Positions 39,078 through 48,868 of a DNA stretch of 64,000 nucleotides are shown here, piece after piece (position 1 is the first letter of the stretch; each line of letters opens with the position of its first letter). The stretch comes from Promethearchaeati archaeon SRVP18_Atabeyarchaeia-1 (GTDB lineage Archaea; Asgardarchaeota; Atabeyarchaeia; Atabeyarchaeales; Atabeyarchaeaceae): assembly GCA_037308085.1 (NCBI GenBank), contig CP147779.1, forward strand, positions 1,632,001 to 1,696,000, read 5' to 3'. The notes beneath the pieces are model-generated. The model was not told the origin of the DNA. It saw nothing but the letters and a program-made list of their open reading frames with translations, and did no database searches. Position numbers and translations under genes: made by a program.

Positions 39078-40433
39078 CTAGGTCTGGATTCTGTGGATTT
39101 CTACGTTGCCTACCTCATAGCCTTGCGGAGTCACCCTGATCTTACCAACTTCTATTCTGTCAATCATACTGATTTCCGTTGTCATCACTATCGAGGCTCG
39201 CCTAGAATGGAAATCCAGTCTCCTCAGAATCCCAAGGGAAACAGGCACCTTGCTCTTTCCGAATACCGCCACGACTATATTGCCCAATTCTCTGAGCGAG
39301 ATGACTCTCAGTTCCTTCTGACTAGGTCTCGGGGATCCCGATTCAGCTTCGGCAGCTTCTTGTTGCTGGCTTTCTTCCCCTATGACTTCGGTCTTTGCAT
39401 CAGCGAAGTCCGTGACCACTGCATTTATGGAGCGTTCCGCCTCTTCACAATACAGCACTCTACTTTTCACCGCATCCCCGACTTTCCTCACCACTTGAGA
39501 AGTCGCAGGCTTGCCTCGCGAAGCGAAGAGGGGTGAGAAATCGATCGCGCTGTAATGAGCAGTGACTTCGGTTGCGTGTGAGAAGTACTTCCGATAAGAT
39601 GTCTCTCTGAGGAACTTTCTTTCGTCTCTATTTCTTGGCACAGCGTAAGGTGAAACTGGTAGCCGGGTAATCTGGACTTTGCTGGTGACTTCGCCCAGTA
39701 TGTGCTCCACTTCTCCTTCCCTTTGCAGGGCAACAAGGTGGCTGACGCCTATTCTCGATATCATTTCGCGCACGAAACTGACTGCAGCCGATCCAGCTAT
39801 CCAGCCCGGCATGTTTACAAACAAGACTGCTTCCTTCGCATTCTCCTCAACGAACTCCATGAGCTGCTCAGTTCCCTGCAGTACCCTATTTACCAAGTAT
39901 GCTGGGGATGTAGCGCCTACAAAGTAGATCGAGTCAGGGCTGTACTCAAGAAGTTCAGAGATAGGCTCGTTTAGCGTTGCAACCGACATAGTTGTTGGAG
40001 GACCAACCTCTGCCTGCCCCATGTCTGCGTCCAAAACTGCGACCTTGGACTCCTCCTTAATCAACATGTTGCTTGAGTAGGTGATAAAAGTATTCTTGCC
40101 GGTATCCAGTCCACCAAGAATCATGATTCTATGCTTTTCCTGTCGTTTTTCAATGATCTCTCTTACGAAAGCAGTCCACTCTCGTGGTATTGTTGATTCT
40201 TCTATTTCATTCACTTTGCCGTTCTGGCCAACGACAATGTCAAGCTCCGAGTCTTCGAGTACCTCGATAATTCTCGTTCTCCCAGCCCTGACAACAAGGG
40301 CTTCTCCGGAAGCGAGTGGCTTTCCCAAGCTTGAAGCGCTGCCGGTGAAAACCCTTACGGTTGCCGGACCATGTACCAGAAGCTCACGACCCGATTCTGG
40401 TTTTAACCTCATTGGCTTATGTCTCCTTGCCAA
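39078..40433 (-). CDS. Clp1/Grc3-family polynucleotide 5'-kinase
   Basis: GGLDTGKNT, DADMGQAEVGPP, MPGW. Confidence 0.88.
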   Translation of the reverse strand: MARRHKPMRLKPESGRELLVHGPATVRVFTGSASSLGKPLASGEALVVRAGRTRIIEVLEDSELDIVVGQNGKVNEIEESTIPREWTAFVREIIEKRQEKHRIMILGGLDTGKNTFITYSSNMLIKEESKVAVLDADMGQAEVGPPTTMSVATLNEPISELLEYSPDSIYFVGATSPAYLVNRVLQGTEQLMEFVEENAKEAVLFVNMPGWIAGSAAVSFVREMISRIGVSHLVALQREGEVEHILGEVTSKVQITRLPVSPYAVPRNRDERKFLRETSYRKYFSHATEVTAHYSAIDFSPLFASRGKPATSQVVRKVGDAVKSRVLYCEEAERSINAVVTDFADAKTEVIGEESQQQEAAEAESGSPRPSQKELRVISLRELGNIVVAVFGKSKVPVSLGILRRLDFHSRRASIVMTTEISMIDRIEVGKIRVTPQGYEVGNVEIHRIQT

Positions 40434-40484
40434 ATTCCGTTAGAAGATGAAGTTCTCGGAAAAGGGTCTCCAGCCTGTTCAGCC

Positions 40485-42716
40485 CTATTCATATTCACCT
40501 ATACTGATCTGTGATACTCTCTTTGCCGGATTCCCGTACAGAATCGGCTTCATCCAGTTATCATCTTCCATTCCCTTTGACTCTATGAGCTGCAATCTTG
40601 CCTCTTTGAGTGCTTCGCCTACTGGTCTCTTGTTCTTGATGAGTTCCTCATAAAAAGCCTTCGTTAAGGTAAGAGTTGATTCTGTCATCCCTTCCGTGAC
40701 GGCGCCGACGAAGCATTCGGGCCCAGCTAGTTTCACGCCATAAGCCAACGTGTGCAGAATTCGGTCTTGCTGCTTCCCGTCCCATCCGCGCTCCCACGGC
40801 GGCCAGCATACATAGGAAACAATAAGCTGTGGATAGCCATTCTTGAAGAGCTTCCTGAGTTCATTTCCTCTGACTTCTCCGTCGATGAATAGCCAAGAGC
40901 TGGCCGTAGGATCGCCCGAGCTTGACTCAGCCGATCCAACAAAGTGGACTATATCATATTTGCCTGAGGAAAGATGCTCTTCGAAAGCCTGCCTGTTGAC
41001 TTCTCCTTTAAGGGTCTCGACTTTCACGGTGACGTCCCCAAAGGACTTGCTATCAGTAAGGAACTGCTCTAGCTGGTCTTCGTAGCTTGAAGGGGATGAT
41101 AGCTTGCCTTCTACTTTGCTGTCGATAAGTAGTATTGTCACTGGCTCGCTGTCGCCGCGAACGCGTGGGACCACCTTGTCTCTTTCTTCATCAGCAATTG
41201 AGCCATGCTCCTCTATGATCCACCTTGAAATTGGTTTCTTAAGGCACAGAAACTTGTCGCCATCATGCAGTATCTCGAACGGGATCATCAGTTCATCCCG
41301 ATCCACTTCGAAGGTGAGGTATTCAGGATCATCTTCCTCTATGTTTGTTAGCATGCTTTTGCTGAGCAACGTGTTGAATATTGATGCGCCTACCTTCTTG
41401 ATTTCGTCAAGGAAGTTCTTGACATACCTCTTCCTGAGGTCCTCCGTTGTGGCAGTTCTTGTTTTGTTCTCCATGTTGCTGCGGAGTCGATCGACATCCT
41501 TGATCATAGTCTTCAGACCGTACTCATCAAGTGGGGTGAGCGTAGAGTAGGTTCCGCTAATGTGACCTGGAGCATAGATCATTTCGTACTGGTTCTTTTG
41601 CCGAGAGACACTCAGGTATCCCACACCGGCGCTGATAGCCTCTGTGGTACCGCCAACGAATAGCCTTGACTTGAAGAATTCCCTCGGGTTAGGGACTAAC
41701 GACTCAACTTGACGCTTCCCAGCTGACGTTATATGATCCCGCGCAACTATGTAGAACTGCTCGAGAGCTTGGTTAAGGTCGTCGACAGAAGTAACATCTT
41801 TCTGACCCAGAATTATCGGGGCAGAATCCTGAATCAGCTTAAACAAACTAAAGATTCTCTTCGGAGGAGTAGTTGAAGGCATTGCGAGAGCAACTATGTA
41901 GGAGACGCCAAACTGGTCGCGCTTTGCCGTGTGGTAACTGCAAAGGTAGAAATCTTCGGTCTTGACAGTAGCGAAGCTGGGGAGAGTGTCGCTGGACGGG
42001 TGCATGCCGGCTGTTGTATTAACCTGACTGGCGCTAAGGGAGAATACCTGCGGATAAGTTGATTCCAAGGTGGGTTCGAACCCTCCAGAATTGCCTATTA
42101 AAGCAACACCCAAGCGGGTCAACTCTGGCGGAGCTTGAGGTATAGCCTGAATTGTAAGTGTTCGTTGCACTAGGTCAACCAATAAGACCTGGAAAGCCTG
42201 TGATATGCCATCCCCATTGATGGCGATCGACTCGTATACTCTACTCCCCCTGACTCCTGGCAAGTCGCCAAACTCATTGACAGTAATCAGGTCTCCATCC
42301 GTGTCACGCTTGTTGAGCATGAAGATCTTTGGCAAATTCGAATACGTTTGCCCCATCACAGCCATCAATTCGTCTAGGCTAGCCACGTCTTCGCTCATCT
42401 TGCTTCTCTCTGATTCGGCCACGAATATGAGCCCGTCAGCCCCTTCCGTGAGGATTCTTCTCTCTCGCGCGCAACTCTCAGAGCCACCTACAGCGAAGAA
42501 GTCGTAGAGGACTTCTCCACCAGTTGACAGAGATGCATAATCAAAGTAAACGGTCTCGCCTCGATTATTCTCGACTGACGTGAAGCCTCCCTTGCTTAGC
42601 TCGGCCACGTTGTTGTAATACCACTTCACCATGGCAGTCTTGCCTGACCTGAAGGGTCCCCATACCACAATCTTGAAGTGCATGCGGCCATTGTCGTCAC
42701 GGTTCATTTGAGGCAT
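40485..42716 (-). CDS. MglA/Arf-like GTPase - longin-like - CHAT (caspase-like) fusion protein
   Basis: GPFRSGKT, TVYFDY, NKRD; IPFEILHDG, DIVHFVG, FYEEL..GEALKEAR, W..PILYGNP. Confidence 0.8.
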   Translation of the reverse strand: MPQMNRDDNGRMHFKIVVWGPFRSGKTAMVKWYYNNVAELSKGGFTSVENNRGETVYFDYASLSTGGEVLYDFFAVGGSESCARERRILTEGADGLIFVAESERSKMSEDVASLDELMAVMGQTYSNLPKIFMLNKRDTDGDLITVNEFGDLPGVRGSRVYESIAINGDGISQAFQVLLVDLVQRTLTIQAIPQAPPELTRLGVALIGNSGGFEPTLESTYPQVFSLSASQVNTTAGMHPSSDTLPSFATVKTEDFYLCSYHTAKRDQFGVSYIVALAMPSTTPPKRIFSLFKLIQDSAPIILGQKDVTSVDDLNQALEQFYIVARDHITSAGKRQVESLVPNPREFFKSRLFVGGTTEAISAGVGYLSVSRQKNQYEMIYAPGHISGTYSTLTPLDEYGLKTMIKDVDRLRSNMENKTRTATTEDLRKRYVKNFLDEIKKVGASIFNTLLSKSMLTNIEEDDPEYLTFEVDRDELMIPFEILHDGDKFLCLKKPISRWIIEEHGSIADEERDKVVPRVRGDSEPVTILLIDSKVEGKLSSPSSYEDQLEQFLTDSKSFGDVTVKVETLKGEVNRQAFEEHLSSGKYDIVHFVGSAESSSGDPTASSWLFIDGEVRGNELRKLFKNGYPQLIVSYVCWPPWERGWDGKQQDRILHTLAYGVKLAGPECFVGAVTEGMTESTLTLTKAFYEELIKNKRPVGEALKEARLQLIESKGMEDDNWMKPILYGNPAKRVSQISIGEYE

Positions 42717-43268
42717 CTACCCCATAGTCAAGTCTCAGCGATCATTAACCAATACGTCAAGCATTTTAAAGTACATTACCCCTATCCCTGCCTGTGACAA
42801 TTCACATCTTGCGAATGTCTTAACGGCCGCGGATCTGGGAATTGGGGCAATATCTTTCCGAGAAGAACTCAATCAAGGTGCTCTGGGGCCCTTAAAGATA
42901 AACGAGTTCCGGGGACGCGCTCACTTCAACGTCGCGCCGAAGCCCGCGGGTAGCTCTAGGTCTGGTTGCAGTCATGGTATTGAGCAGGAGTCCATAGCTT
43001 CTTTAGGTTCCCTCGAAACTGTTGAATAAGGCGAAACAAATATCTGAAGAGTTGCTCAATGGTTATTCGGGATAGCGAGCTGGGTTTGAGATTTTGGTAC
43101 CCTTAACGTTATCCTTCTCTGGCTTGCATTCATGCGCAGTAATTGCTGCAATCCAAAGTTAGGTTTAGTTTAATATGCTGGCATGCACCTTTCGATATAC
43201 GTGTGTGCGGGTCGGCCACCTGATCCTATGGATATTGCGGCTGACCTAGCTGAATATCATTCAATGGA

Positions 43269-45248
43269 GTGTGTGACAGAAAGATGGCAGTCAGCGACTC
43301 AATAAAGAGTCTCCTGAGTACGGAGTCATTGGTTCGAAGGGCCTCGGCAAGAGTTCTCAGCGACATGGCTGAATCTGATCCGAGCAAATTCAAGGAAGAC
43401 GATCTGGCGGCAATCATCAAAGTCCTACGGGAAGAGGATGATTCCTTGACTCTTGAATTCCTGCTCAAAGTGATCGACTTCGCTGGTCTAAGGAATCTCA
43501 CCTATCTCATTAATGCCGGCCTTCTGAGAGTTCTCGTAGACGTCTACATGAGAAATATGGGTGGCATAGGGGTGCCAGTGGGTCGCAATGCCATGCGTCT
43601 TATCTCAACTCTCGCGTCGGCTGATATTGAGGGGGCTGAGAAACTCGATGTGATAGGTCTGGATCTAAGGGCAATAACTGGTTCGTCTGATCCCTATGTT
43701 CGCTGGTACGCCTCAATGGGGCTTCGGAAGCTTGATCCATCCTTGATACGGAAGGGATCCCCCGAGATCGTGGACTACTGCCTGGATGCATTGACTAAGG
43801 AGAGCGATGATAAAGTCAGGATTGCAGGCGCATTGACGCTGTCACTTGTGGCATCACTCGCGCCAGAGGCACTGGACGGGAACGATGCCATCAAGACTAT
43901 CATTAAGACCATGTTGAAGGACCCGAACTCTGAGGTTCAGGAAATGGCAGCGATGACGCTGCAGTTTCTGGCGAGAAGAGACCCCTCTCGGCTACGAGAT
44001 ACCAAGATCGGTGAAGCTCTCTGCGAGACCGTAATCAACAAGTTGGAATCCCTCAAGAAAAACGACAACCGGGCGGATCGCGAAGTCCTTGTATCTGCAG
44101 CGTCAACCATATCTATACTCGCAATGAGAGATCTTTCGACTCTGACCGAGAGTAAGGGTATTGAGGAGATCAACATAGCTGAAATTGTCACCAGTGCCCT
44201 GGCGGAGAGCGCCGAGGAAACCGATGTAAGGCCCATACTCTTGTCCATCTTGTTGGAGCTCTCGAACAAGGCTGCTCGTTACGTCAACAACAAGAGGATT
44301 GTTAGTGTTCTGGCTGATCTGCTCGACAAGGGGGATGAAGCAGACACTTCGCGCAGATCAGCGATCTCAATTCTTGACATGGTGGCGTCGATCTACCCAA
44401 CTCTGTTCGCCGACTCACTCGCGCTAGAGAGGATAGTTTCGGCCTCACTTAAGAGCGCGAAACTTGAGACATCAGCAAGACCACAGCACGGACCATCACC
44501 CATAGTTGTTCTAGACACTCTCGTTAGCTCAGAAAAAGGATACAGGGTGGCAGTCGCTGGCCTACAGAGACTCCACAAGGAGAAACCTTACCTAGTCTCA
44601 GAGATATGCGAAGCAAGAAATTGGAAGGGTATAATGAGCCAAATCAAGGGAGAACCGGTAGCCGAGACGAAAATAGAGAAGCCTCCGACAGTTGCAAGCA
44701 CAACGCCCGTGCAGAGAGCGGTCGGACAGGTTGCCACTGAAAGGAAAGAGCCTGAACCTACAGAAGTTTCGAAGGAAGAAAAGAGGAAACCTGCACCATC
44801 GACGAGGCTAAACGATGAACAGAAGGCGATGCTTCAGGAGATCTTCAACACGTACGCCGAAATACCATTAACGGAACTCGCCCAGAAGCTGAATGTAGAC
44901 GAGAACATCATCAGAGAGGTGCTAGGCAAACTCATTGGATCAGGCAAACTGCCCTACAAGATCCAAGATGACAGGCTCTACCTTAAGAAAGTGCCTACAG
45001 TTCGGGCGACCCGGAGGGAGAGGTCCACGCTTTGCATCTGGTGTGGAGCCGAGTTGGGTCCGATGGATGAAAGATGCCCGAATTGCAATAAAACTCCTCC
45101 GAAGTGCCTCATCTGCAACGCCGAGCTTACAACCGAGGATGAGCTTGAGAAATGCCCGTTCTGTGGAACTCTGTTCCACCGCGAGCACTATAGGAAATGG
45201 GTGGAGAAGAAGAAGCACTGTCCCAAGTGCAGTGTTGCATGGTCGTAG
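43269..45248 (+). CDS. ARM/HEAT-repeat protein with PCI-like wHTH, zinc ribbon and C-terminal RING
   Basis: HEAT repeats; IPLTELAQKL..LIGSGKL; CIWC/CPNC; CLIC..CPFC..FHREH..W..CPKC. Confidence 0.8.
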   Translation: MCDRKMAVSDSIKSLLSTESLVRRASARVLSDMAESDPSKFKEDDLAAIIKVLREEDDSLTLEFLLKVIDFAGLRNLTYLINAGLLRVLVDVYMRNMGGIGVPVGRNAMRLISTLASADIEGAEKLDVIGLDLRAITGSSDPYVRWYASMGLRKLDPSLIRKGSPEIVDYCLDALTKESDDKVRIAGALTLSLVASLAPEALDGNDAIKTIIKTMLKDPNSEVQEMAAMTLQFLARRDPSRLRDTKIGEALCETVINKLESLKKNDNRADREVLVSAASTISILAMRDLSTLTESKGIEEINIAEIVTSALAESAEETDVRPILLSILLELSNKAARYVNNKRIVSVLADLLDKGDEADTSRRSAISILDMVASIYPTLFADSLALERIVSASLKSAKLETSARPQHGPSPIVVLDTLVSSEKGYRVAVAGLQRLHKEKPYLVSEICEARNWKGIMSQIKGEPVAETKIEKPPTVASTTPVQRAVGQVATERKEPEPTEVSKEEKRKPAPSTRLNDEQKAMLQEIFNTYAEIPLTELAQKLNVDENIIREVLGKLIGSGKLPYKIQDDRLYLKKVPTVRATRRERSTLCIWCGAELGPMDERCPNCNKTPPKCLICNAELTTEDELEKCPFCGTLFHREHYRKWVEKKKHCPKCSVAWS

Positions 45249-45325
45249 GACCGCTACAGATTCACCCAGAAGGAGGAGCCAGAATCGTTACCTTTTTATC
45301 CTTCTGGTTGTAAAAAGTCTACTCC

Positions 45326-45799
45326 ATGAGCGAAATAAGTGAAAAAGACCTAGAGATACTTAGGATACTGCAGGACAACTGTCGGCTAAGGGCCAAGGAA
45401 ATCTCCAAGAGGATTCAAACTCCCATATCCACGGTCTTCGCAAAAACCAAGAGAATGGAGAAAGACGGCATAATAAAGGGATACAAGGCTATATTGGACC
45501 CTGGTAAGCTTGGAAAGGGTGCCACCGCTTTTGTACTCATTACATTCGAGCATGTGGTTGGCGTTGGAGAGGCTGGTCCCTCGCAGAGGGATGTGGCCCG
45601 AGAAATCGCCAAGCTCAAGGAAGTTCAGGAAGTTCATATTATCACTGGGGATTGGGATCTTCTCGCAAAGGTTAAGGCAAGAGATATGGATGATATTGGA
45701 AGATTACTGATTGACAGGATTCGCCTGATAAGAGGCGTCAAAAAAACGCTGACGTGTGTGGCTTTTCAAACAGAGAAAGAAACAACAGACGTGATATGA
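45326..45799 (+). CDS. Lrp/AsnC transcriptional regulator
   Basis: DLEILRILQ..R, GIIKGY, ITGDWDL. Confidence 0.93.
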   Translation: MSEISEKDLEILRILQDNCRLRAKEISKRIQTPISTVFAKTKRMEKDGIIKGYKAILDPGKLGKGATAFVLITFEHVVGVGEAGPSQRDVAREIAKLKEVQEVHIITGDWDLLAKVKARDMDDIGRLLIDRIRLIRGVKKTLTCVAFQTEKETTDVI

Positions 45800-45833
45800 C
45801 AAGAGGACGTGACAGGTTCTAGATAAACGAAAA

Positions 45834-46241
45834 CTACTTATTCTGCGCCATTATCTCAGATACCATATCTTTTGTTCTATTCAGCTCCAAGAAGGTCATT
45901 CCAAGGCTTGCCCCTTTTCTTGTGATAACCGACAAGATCATTTCTTCTGTGGCCTTGGACAGGACAATGTCGCCTATTAGTCCGCTCACAACGACTCTCT
46001 TCAACTCGCCCAACTCGAGCTGGTTCACAACATTGGCGCCGATGTTAAGAAGTGCAGCGGACATCGCGCCAGCAATCGCGTCATCGCTGAGACCTGGAGT
46101 CCAAGCGGAAACAATCAGGCCATCACGTCTCACAAGGGTAGCTCCATCTATCCCTTGAGTCGAGGTACCAAGGTGTTTGAGTATGCTTCCGAGTCTTCCT
46201 TTCAGGCTCGAATCATTTTCAACCCCAGGAGCTTTCACCAC
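45834..46241 (-). CDS. roadblock/LC7 protein
   Basis: LVRRDGLIVS, AMSAALL, LGMTFL. Confidence 0.9.
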   Translation of the reverse strand: MVKAPGVENDSSLKGRLGSILKHLGTSTQGIDGATLVRRDGLIVSAWTPGLSDDAIAGAMSAALLNIGANVVNQLELGELKRVVVSGLIGDIVLSKATEEMILSVITRKGASLGMTFLELNRTKDMVSEIMAQNK

Positions 46242-46275
46242 ACTCTGCCCCCATTTAAGACTTAAACGTGCTAAA

Positions 46276-46869
46276 TCAGGATCCGATCAAGCCACGTTCT
46301 TTCATAACCTTGAGTAGCGCTAGCAGCGCCTCTCTAATCCCTCGCCCCGTCAAGGCCGAGCCCTCGAAGAATTGAACCGATTCAATCTTCATTAGGCTCT
46401 TCATGGCGCCGGCTTTCATGGCACTTTCTAGATCCTGCTTGTTGGCAACTACAACCATTGGGATATCTTTACCGAGGTAGGACTTTACTTCCTCGTAGAT
46501 GGCTATCGCATGCCCTATCTGTCCGGGAGCTGTGCTATCCACAATGAAGATGACGCCCTGCGCTCCTTTGCTTGTGGCTTCTCTGATTGGTGACATATGA
46601 ACTTGGCCAGGGCTTCCCATCAACATCACGCGGAAAATGTCTGATCCAATATTGTCGTTCTTAATCTCATCATCACTACACAATTTGTCGTTTCCATTCC
46701 ACCATACATGCCCTAGGTCAAACACGATCGTGGTTGTAGTACCATCTGCGAGAGTTCTCTCTACACTCTGCGCGTTCTTGTCCAAGAAGTGGACGAACGT
46801 CGTTTTTCCCGCGTGAAAGGGACCGGCAACGAAAATCTTGTAAGTTGCCGCCTTCTTTTCACAACTCAA
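46276..46869 (-). CDS. small GTPase (MglA/Arf-like)
   Basis: GPFHAGKTT, TTIVFD, GSPGQ, NKQD, SAL. Confidence 0.92.
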   Translation of the reverse strand: MSCEKKAATYKIFVAGPFHAGKTTFVHFLDKNAQSVERTLADGTTTTIVFDLGHVWWNGNDKLCSDDEIKNDNIGSDIFRVMLMGSPGQVHMSPIREATSKGAQGVIFIVDSTAPGQIGHAIAIYEEVKSYLGKDIPMVVVANKQDLESAMKAGAMKSLMKIESVQFFEGSALTGRGIREALLALLKVMKERGLIGS

Positions 46870-47294
46870 TGGAAATCATCTCCATCAAGAACTTCCGTTA
46901 TTTTGATGGACGCCTTCTGGAGTACCAGGTGGATGAGCCCCAGACCGACTTTGGAGCGCGCTGTGCCAATTATCAGTTGGTGCTTTCCAGCGCTCCTGAC
47001 GACAGTGATCCCGTCGTCTGCCTGTATGGTGACCTGGGATAGCTTCCCTTGCTTCAACTCCTCAACTGTCCTTTCGCCCATAGCAAGGATGGCTGCGGCC
47101 ATAGCTGAGAGAATACTCTCCTTCTCGGGTAGGCAAATTGCCGAGCAAATCGGCAACCCGTCTTCGCTTACGATGCAAGTGGCATCAAGGCTGCCTGAGT
47201 CAACAGTGTCTTGAAGAACTTGGGTTAACTTCATCTGCTTGCTAAGGGTTTCAGCCATATACCGGCCCCCTGATTGCAAAGGAACTTGAAACAA
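46866..47294 (-). CDS. roadblock/LC7 protein
   Basis: IVSEDGLPI, AMAAAIL..GER, LGLI. Confidence 0.9.
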   Translation of the reverse strand: MFQVPLQSGGRYMAETLSKQMKLTQVLQDTVDSGSLDATCIVSEDGLPICSAICLPEKESILSAMAAAILAMGERTVEELKQGKLSQVTIQADDGITVVRSAGKHQLIIGTARSKVGLGLIHLVLQKASIKITEVLDGDDFH

Positions 47295-47698
47295 ATACTA
47301 CTGTGAACGCATCAATTCCAATATTGAGAGGAGTTCAGGCTAATTAAAAGCCTATCTTTACTTGTGCCAAGATTCCTCTGCTTGCGTGCGATCCTCGCAA
47401 GATCCACTGCACGGTTGCTAAATTCGCAAGAGGCAATTCAAATGTCTGGGTCTCAAAGATTAGCGTAGAAAATGCATGGTAGCTACTGCGCAAACGAGCG
47501 ATCCCAATGTGCCAGGATCGGCTTGGACCAATTTACAGAAGTTGTGACGACTTTCCAAACCTGCTAAAAAGATCGCCATCCAAGATGTCAACAGTTAGGG
47601 CTTAAGATTCATCGAGAGAATCGTACTTTCGCGAACCGTTGGAGAAGAGACCAGTAAACGTTGACCCAGATTTCTCTTTGAGACAACAATGTTACGAG

Positions 47699-47929
47699 GT
47701 GAGCTACCAGCCCCTCAAAGGGTGTTGGCTTCCTGGTTCATGGACCGAGCTTGCCTCGACGTGTGGGGGTCGTTGAGGCACCTCAGAGGCGCCGGGGTAG
47801 AGGCTTCGATCTCCGCAGGCGTAGATTCGGCGCGCACCGTACCTATTGCCGAGACCGATGCATGTTCCTCTATTTGAACCCGCGATTCACCCCCCCCCTC
47901 AAAGGGTGTGGGCTTCCTGGCCCGCGTTT
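47699..47929 (-). mobile_element. 231-bp IS200/IS605-type MITE (PATE-like) with tnpB 3' end, copy A
   Basis: Preceded by TTAC, ends in TCAC; similar subterminal motifs at both ends; encodes TnpB-tail-like ESTP..SMNQEA. Confidence 0.8.
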
Positions 47930-47944
47930 GTAAGAACTCGTGGT

Positions 47945-48751
47945 CTACTCGAATCTCGACGGTTCGGCTCGCACCTGGTACAGCTCGACGCCAGCGCTTC
48001 TGCATGCCTGGTGGATCATGCCTCTTATCTTGATACATACAATTGCCTTTCGAACCTTGACTCCCTCGCGCTCCTTTGATCCCTTATTATCTGCCTGTTG
48101 CCTCAGAAACTCTGCATAGCCCTCGGCAAGCTTGCACACCTGTCCTACTGCCTGCTCGGTCGCAGTCACCTCTACCTCAGCGACAACCGGGGTTCCATTG
48201 CGGTCTAGCAAAAGCAGATCTATTGTGCCGGTGGGAGTCGACTGCTCTTTCCCTATTACTGTCAGGTCTTCTTCGATTATCGACGGAGCCAGCGAGAGTA
48301 GTTCCGTGAGCAATTCCTCTGTTTCAAACCTTGTTTCATGAAGTGCTTCTTCAGAGCCCTTCTCCAATGCCTTGCTCAAGTGTTGCTGAACAGTTTCGAC
48401 CTTCTCCTCCAAGGCATGTGGAAATACTGCCACTGGTCTGTCGGAACTGTCCCTCACCACCAATATGGGTGTGTTGCTCAAGTTCAAGTTCTTAGAACCT
48501 GATAGTGCGAGGGTCATTCCACCTCCGCTGACTACTCGACCCCTTGTCTGTGGAGGTATCGTTCTGATGTCTGCCGTGATCCTCTCTCGTTGAACGTCTG
48601 TCAGAGCCGAGACATCTATGACTTCCACTCTGATATTCTTCTCCTTTTTCTCCAAATCGCGTAACGCAGACAGTACATTACCGAAGGTCGAGTGAGCCGA
48701 AATGGAATCCTTGACATATAGAATGTATCTGTATGTATTCCCGCCTAGCAT
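47945..48751 (-). CDS. protein with C-terminal NucS/EndoMS-like nuclease fold
   Basis: IEEDL..IGKE..GTIDLL..VVAEVE..AVGQ. Confidence 0.7.
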   Translation of the reverse strand: MLGGNTYRYILYVKDSISAHSTFGNVLSALRDLEKKEKNIRVEVIDVSALTDVQRERITADIRTIPPQTRGRVVSGGGMTLALSGSKNLNLSNTPILVVRDSSDRPVAVFPHALEEKVETVQQHLSKALEKGSEEALHETRFETEELLTELLSLAPSIIEEDLTVIGKEQSTPTGTIDLLLLDRNGTPVVAEVEVTATEQAVGQVCKLAEGYAEFLRQQADNKGSKEREGVKVRKAIVCIKIRGMIHQACRSAGVELYQVRAEPSRFE

Positions 48752-48868
48752 GATCCGAATCGTTCCCCTTGAGTTCTATGCAGAACAAACGACTATTGAC
48801 TAAATCGGTAATAAGAGAGACCTCTCGGATCTTCAAGCAGCGTCTTCTTGGCAAATCGCCTTTGTGAG

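Noticed and set aside
42940-43020. tRNA-like start (CCCGCGGGTAGCTCTAGGTCTGGT)
   Set aside because: No T-arm (GTTCRA) or complementary acceptor strand at plausible spacing
47715-48038. 107-aa ORF as a real gene
   Set aside because: Reads through the MITE and reflects a tnpB tail remnant
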